A stretch of 64,000 nucleotides of DNA, taken from contig JBGAHS010000003.1 in NCBI GenBank assembly GCA_044226015.1, positions 128,001 to 192,000 on the forward strand, written 5' to 3'. The stretch is from Candidatus Obscuribacteraceae bacterium. Its GTDB lineage: Bacteria; Cyanobacteriota; Vampirovibrionia; Obscuribacterales; Obscuribacteraceae. The notes below the pieces were generated by a model. The model saw only the letters and a program-made list of their open reading frames with translations, was not told the DNA's origin and did no database searches. A program made the position numbers and the translations under genes. This document shows positions 59,675-64,000 of this stretch, one piece after another; position 1 is the first letter of the stretch; each line of letters begins with the position of its first letter.

Positions 59675-61926
59675 GAAAAGTAATCAAAGCGGCACTAGCA
59701 AGCGCATTATTGTTTAGCACACTCACAGCGCAGACATTGCCCGTAATGGCATGTGCATTCGCCAGCGAAAACTACTTTACCTTCACTACTCACCCTGACT
59801 TGCCAATGAAGTCTTATGCTGAAGGCAAACTGGGAATTCTGCAAAACACTTATGCCCGTTCATATTTGCTTGTAGCGTACAAATATCTCTCTGATGCACC
59901 ACTCAGCGCAGAAGAGCAGAAAGAAGTAGTGTCACTGTGGTACGACAGACTGTCACAGGGAGATTTTACAGGCACAACAGATCCGTCCTCATGGATAAAA
60001 GCGCGTTCAGCAGTGCCAGGAATTGCGAAGGCCGCTGACATTTACCCAGACCGTTCGATAAGCAAAGAAGAATCGTGGACCATGTTTTGCAACTGCCAGC
60101 CTTCGGCGTTTCAAACCGCAATAAAGACCCTGCAAAACCTGGTCACCAAATACGGTGCCAGCGCACAAGGTGTTAAAGACTGGGTTGCAGCACAAGACAA
60201 AGTATTTTCCAATTGCGGCAACGCGCCATACAGCGACAAAATGCCAGCTGCAGCCATCCCCGAGCCACTGCCAGCAACTGCTGACGCAGCCCTGAGACAA
60301 GATCGAGCCTACCAGATAGCGGCAGCAAACTTCTACGCTCAAAACTATGATGCTGCAGCAAAAGAATTCCAGGCAATTGCAGCAGACGCAGCATCTCCAT
60401 GGAATCACGTCGCTGGATATCTAGCTGTGCGTTCTGTCATCAGGCACGCAACGCTGGGAAAAACAGTAAACAAAAGCATGCTGGAACAAGCGTCTGAGAT
60501 GCTGAAAAAGATCATCGTGGATCCCAAACTTTCCGATCTGTCTTCAGACATGAAAGAACTTCAAAGCTATATTGCTGTTAGATTGACTCCAGAACAGCAC
60601 TTGCAAGAACTAGCAAAAGAAAAAATCAGCAAGACCAACATAGCAGAGTTCACAAAAACAATAGATGTGTTGCTCGGAGGAGATGACGGAGGGCAAGAAG
60701 TTAAGTATGCATCTTTGCCAGCGTCACTAAAACAACCTGAGCTTATCGACTGGATAATGTGCTTTCAAGCCAATGACGATGAGGCGAAGCATCACGCTGT
60801 TGATAAATGGAAGCAAACAAAATCTCTGCCCTGGCTTGTGGCAGCTATTGCATCAATAGACGAGAAAGACCCCAACGCCAATGCCATTCTTGCCGAAGCG
60901 GCAAAACACGAAAACAGCCCCGCGAAATGGACTTTGCTCTATCATGCAAACCGAATTGGCATGGCTCAAGGAAAAGGTGCAAAAGTCAGAGCAGACCTAG
61001 ATAAGCTACTTGCGAATCCACCAGCAGATATACCTCTAGGGACACTCAACAAATTCAAGACTCAGCGCTTAGTGCTGGCACAAAACCTGGGCGATATTGC
61101 AAAGTTCGGAGTACAGACGCCTCTATCAAACTGCTCTAACGGTGGCACCGAACAGGTTCCAGATGATATGGATGAAATCGTCAAATCTGGAAAAATCAAA
61201 AAGGAAGATCCGCTGTTCACCACAGCAACAGGCAATATGCTCATATCAAAACTACCAATGAGCGCTCTAAAACAACTTTCGAGCAATACATCGATCCCCG
61301 CACCTCTGCGCAACAACCTTGCATGGACTAGCTGGGTACGTGCAGTCTTGCTTGGAGATGACAACACAGCCAAGGACTTAGCTCCAATCGTTAAAGCTCT
61401 CAACAAAGCAAAAACAAAATACGTTGATGCATATCTGGCAGCTGCAACTCCTGAAGATAAGAAATTCTCCGCAGTAAATCTGATGCTGCATTTTTCCTCA
61501 GCACAACCCACCGCATCGTCAGGCAGCGAGCCAGAAGATGCGTTCGGTGATGCAAGCGGATGGTGGTGGGGCGCACCACCTATCAACGAGGCAAGCAACA
61601 GCGACAGCGAAGATTCAAGCGCAGACGACACCAATATTGAGCCCGCCTTTCTTACAGCTGCGCAAAAGGCTGAGCTGAAGGCACAACTCGGAAAACTTAG
61701 CAAAGTTGAAGCAGCACCAAACTACTTCGCTAAGGTCGTCCTTCCATTTGCAAAGGCTCACCCAACAGATGCACGCGTTCCCGAGGCACTTCACTTCCTG
61801 GTAAGCGCAACACATTACGGAAGTACTGATGACGCAACGAAAGCTTTCTCTAAACAAGCTTTCAGCATTTTGCATACAAAGTACAAGACAGATCCCTGGA
61901 CAAAGAAAACACCTTACTTCTATTAA
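59671..61926 (+). CDS. Large secreted helical/TPR-like protein partnered with the DUF3142-like gene
   Basis: Signal peptide then Cys (VMAC); RAYQIAAANFY, WV.AQDKVFSNC, PEALH, KQAF.ILH.KY...WTKKTPYFY; ATGA overlap with upstream gene. Confidence 0.8.
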   Translation: MRKVIKAALASALLFSTLTAQTLPVMACAFASENYFTFTTHPDLPMKSYAEGKLGILQNTYARSYLLVAYKYLSDAPLSAEEQKEVVSLWYDRLSQGDFTGTTDPSSWIKARSAVPGIAKAADIYPDRSISKEESWTMFCNCQPSAFQTAIKTLQNLVTKYGASAQGVKDWVAAQDKVFSNCGNAPYSDKMPAAAIPEPLPATADAALRQDRAYQIAAANFYAQNYDAAAKEFQAIAADAASPWNHVAGYLAVRSVIRHATLGKTVNKSMLEQASEMLKKIIVDPKLSDLSSDMKELQSYIAVRLTPEQHLQELAKEKISKTNIAEFTKTIDVLLGGDDGGQEVKYASLPASLKQPELIDWIMCFQANDDEAKHHAVDKWKQTKSLPWLVAAIASIDEKDPNANAILAEAAKHENSPAKWTLLYHANRIGMAQGKGAKVRADLDKLLANPPADIPLGTLNKFKTQRLVLAQNLGDIAKFGVQTPLSNCSNGGTEQVPDDMDEIVKSGKIKKEDPLFTTATGNMLISKLPMSALKQLSSNTSIPAPLRNNLAWTSWVRAVLLGDDNTAKDLAPIVKALNKAKTKYVDAYLAAATPEDKKFSAVNLMLHFSSAQPTASSGSEPEDAFGDASGWWWGAPPINEASNSDSEDSSADDTNIEPAFLTAAQKAELKAQLGKLSKVEAAPNYFAKVVLPFAKAHPTDARVPEALHFLVSATHYGSTDDATKAFSKQAFSILHTKYKTDPWTKKTPYFY

Positions 61927-61947
61927 GTGAACTGCTGATCGAGAAGG

Positions 61948-62070
61948 TCACATCCCAGATCGGCTAATGGAGTAAAGATGCTCAAGCCATTTATAAAGCT
62001 CTGGCCCGAGGTGTATCCAACGGACAAATGGCATAAGCACTCTGACAAAGCTAAGTGAGAGATGAGCAGA
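61948..62070 (-). pseudogene. Diverged duplicate of the C-terminus of the 62071-62433 membrane protein, in frame immediately after its TGA
   Basis: Translates SAHLSLSFVRVLMPFVRWIHLGPELYKWLEHLYSISRSGM* versus parent ...ILVPLVRWIHLGPELYKWMESVYSTTRTGL*. Confidence 0.8.
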
Positions 62071-62433
62071 TCAGAGCCCGGTGCGGGTAGTGGAGTAAAC
62101 GCTTTCCATCCACTTATACAGCTCTGGACCTAGATGTATCCAACGGACAAGAGGCACGAGAATCACAACGACTCCAATACTGAGCAACATAAAGAAGAAG
62201 GTCCTCATAAGAAAACCACTTTTGTCATACAGCAAGCACGCTAGAAAAATGATTAGCGCCCCAATGCCAAAGCCAGGGTATGTGATAGATGCAGCGGGAT
62301 GAACCGGCAAATTTGGATCGCTGCCATTCATTGTGACGGACATTCCTATGCCGAGTAGCTCAAGGAAGAGAATTGCATATGCCCCCAACACGCCTGAAAA
62401 AATGGCAGCAATAGCGAGTATATTGTTCTGCAT
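62071..62433 (-). CDS. Small three-TM membrane protein
   Basis: Hydrophobic helices; start placed at ATG 62433 (ORF track extends to 62526). Confidence 0.65.
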   Translation of the reverse strand: MQNNILAIAAIFSGVLGAYAILFLELLGIGMSVTMNGSDPNLPVHPAASITYPGFGIGALIIFLACLLYDKSGFLMRTFFFMLLSIGVVVILVPLVRWIHLGPELYKWMESVYSTTRTGL

Positions 62434-62643
62434 AATCGCTCTGACCAAGCAAAGTAGGAAAGTTTCCTTGCCGATTATAGATTCTTTGGAAGAGAACTGC
62501 CACCATAATCCTGGGATCGCCGCCATCTTGGCAGCATCGAGTCTTGCTCGCCGAAGCTATTGCTCGAGGAGCCTCTTTTAGTGAAACCAGGTTTATTGTT
62601 GGTAAATACCAGTTTTTTTTGGAGAATCCTGGGACGCGAAAAA

Positions 62644-62790
62644 TCAGGCGCGGTCTTCAGAGCACTGCACACCCAGGCTACGCAGCCTCGTCAAAAGGGC
62701 ACGGCGCTCTGCCTGCGTGAAACCATGCAAGCAAAACGCATTTTCTTTGGACAGTTTTTGACACCCCAGGAGAACAAGCCTAAAACGAGT
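62644..62790 (-). pseudogene. Diverged duplicate of the C-terminus of the kinase-like gene
   Basis: ...CLHGFTQAERRALLTRLRSLGVQCSEDRA* versus parent ...WLHGFTTKERQALLTRLRSLGVQCFIPS*; offset 146 bp. Confidence 0.8.
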
Positions 62791-62792
62791 AC

Positions 62793-64000
62793 TCAGGAAG
62801 GGATGAAACACTGGACACCAAGACTTCGCAATCTCGTCAAAAGAGCCTGTCTTTCTTTTGTAGTAAACCCATGAAGCCAAAGAGAACGAAGTTTAGTCGC
62901 CTTGTAATCTTTTGATGGAACTTCTACTCGAAGTTCTACCCTCTCTTCTAAACTCTCGCTACCCTTATGGAAGCGCGCAAGCTTCACCTGCTTCAACGGC
63001 ACATCAACACATATCATATCAGCCTCCCATGCCATTTTAGGAGTCTCAACCAACCTAAAGCCTGAGCGAATGCCAATTTTCAAATTCTTTTCCGTGAGAA
63101 CATAAACCTGCTGCTCGCCTGAGGAATCTCCAGAGAAACCTGTTATAGCTAACAGCATAGCAACCACTCCGAACATCATAAACACTGGAACATGAGTAAA
63201 AACAGTGAGCCCAAAACAACAAGCAAATAAAATGGGCCATATGTACGTGTACACCAAGAAACTGCTGTTAAAGTTCTGCCGACCAGTTGAAAGTTTTACA
63301 GGACTGAGTCCTCCAGTCCAGAGCAAAGTTTCGCCCGCATGGAAATTCTCAGTGATTTTCTTGATAAACTCTTGCTTGTTTGCGCGGTCCGACGTAGTAG
63401 ACACAGTAAACTGACCGACCACGGCGCCTGGAAAGCTTTCCAGGTCACCCATTGAGTACTTCAATTGCTCAATTGAATAATTTGGAAGATCGGACGGAGC
63501 AATACGAATGACAGCTCTCGACGACGATACAGAATCGATCTCATTCTTTTTGCTAGCAGGCAAAGGCAACTTTCGTGTATTAACTGCTCGCAAAGACCTT
63601 TCAATCTCGAGTTTTTGCCCGAGGAAAGGCAACGCAGAACAGGGCTGCCGTACTAGAGTTCGAATCTGCTTCGAAAACTCCTTACATCGCCCACCAAGAG
63701 ACTCAAGCTCATGAAGGTTGTTCGATGAGTCGGAAGAAATAAAATCCTCTCGGGTGAGAAAGAATGCTTCTTCATTAGCAATAAACGTTCCATGCGAACG
63801 CGGGTCAGCAATAAGGCAATCTAGCGCACCGCATATCAACCATGCCGAAAAATTGTCCAGCTCCGGACCAAAATCAAGCTCTGTTCTTTGCGGGTGTTGG
63901 TAGTTTCTATGCCCCAGTTCATTGCTATGCCATCCTTTTAGGTCTGGCACGAACATTCCGTCGTAATCAATCAGCCTAAGAGAACCATCATCAGTAACTA
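62793..64000 (-). CDS. Partial (5' end outside window) protein-kinase-like protein with C-terminal two-TM and PH-like region
   Basis: Open to the window edge: VTDDGSLRLIDYDGMFVP...ELGHRNYQHPQR...LDNFS (kinase C-lobe; DYD in the DFG position); ETLLWTG, two TM helices, VYVLTEKNL. Confidence 0.75.
   Translation of the reverse strand, partial: VTDDGSLRLIDYDGMFVPDLKGWHSNELGHRNYQHPQRTELDFGPELDNFSAWLICGALDCLIADPRSHGTFIANEEAFFLTREDFISSDSSNNLHELESLGGRCKEFSKQIRTLVRQPCSALPFLGQKLEIERSLRAVNTRKLPLPASKKNEIDSVSSSRAVIRIAPSDLPNYSIEQLKYSMGDLESFPGAVVGQFTVSTTSDRANKQEFIKKITENFHAGETLLWTGGLSPVKLSTGRQNFNSSFLVYTYIWPILFACCFGLTVFTHVPVFMMFGVVAMLLAITGFSGDSSGEQQVYVLTEKNLKIGIRSGFRLVETPKMAWEADMICVDVPLKQVKLARFHKGSESLEERVELRVEVPSKDYKATKLRSLWLHGFTTKERQALLTRLRSLGVQCFIPS

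Overview
A 64 kb bacterial chromosomal window of moderate GC. The gene content suggests a non-photosynthetic cyanobacterial relative (Vampirovibrionia/Melainabacteria, Obscuribacterales-like); this taxonomy is inferred, not verified. Housekeeping genes include glyQ, a hom-thrC-thrB-aspartokinase operon, tilS-ftsH, a ROK kinase, a TIGR01212 radical SAM protein, tRNA-Glu(UUC), comEC, an aldehyde dehydrogenase and a Bpt/ATE-like transferase. Other recognisable modules are a MoxR-DUF58-transglutaminase operon, a three-gene glycosylation cluster, a DUF1778/GNAT toxin-antitoxin pair and a RedB plus RedC-like hybrid kinase pair. Many secreted, TPR or orphan proteins are interspersed. No CRISPR array, rRNA, transposase or integrase was seen. 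The most unusual observations are: (1) two adjacent genes at the right end, each followed directly by a synonymously diverged 'echo' of its own C-terminus, with a smaller 3'-end echo after the radical SAM gene; (2) a SulP-STAS-Cys-rich linker-beta-carbonic anhydrase fusion preceded by a long hairpin; (3) a compact multi-stem, U-tract leader before the threonine operon, and a nested aspartokinase beta-subunit start; (4) an orphan TadG-like Cys-rich protein heading a secreted-protein cluster, plus two very large orphan proteins without signal peptides; (5) comEC with a 36-bp tandem repeat, a T9 tract and no C-terminal beta-lactamase-like domain.
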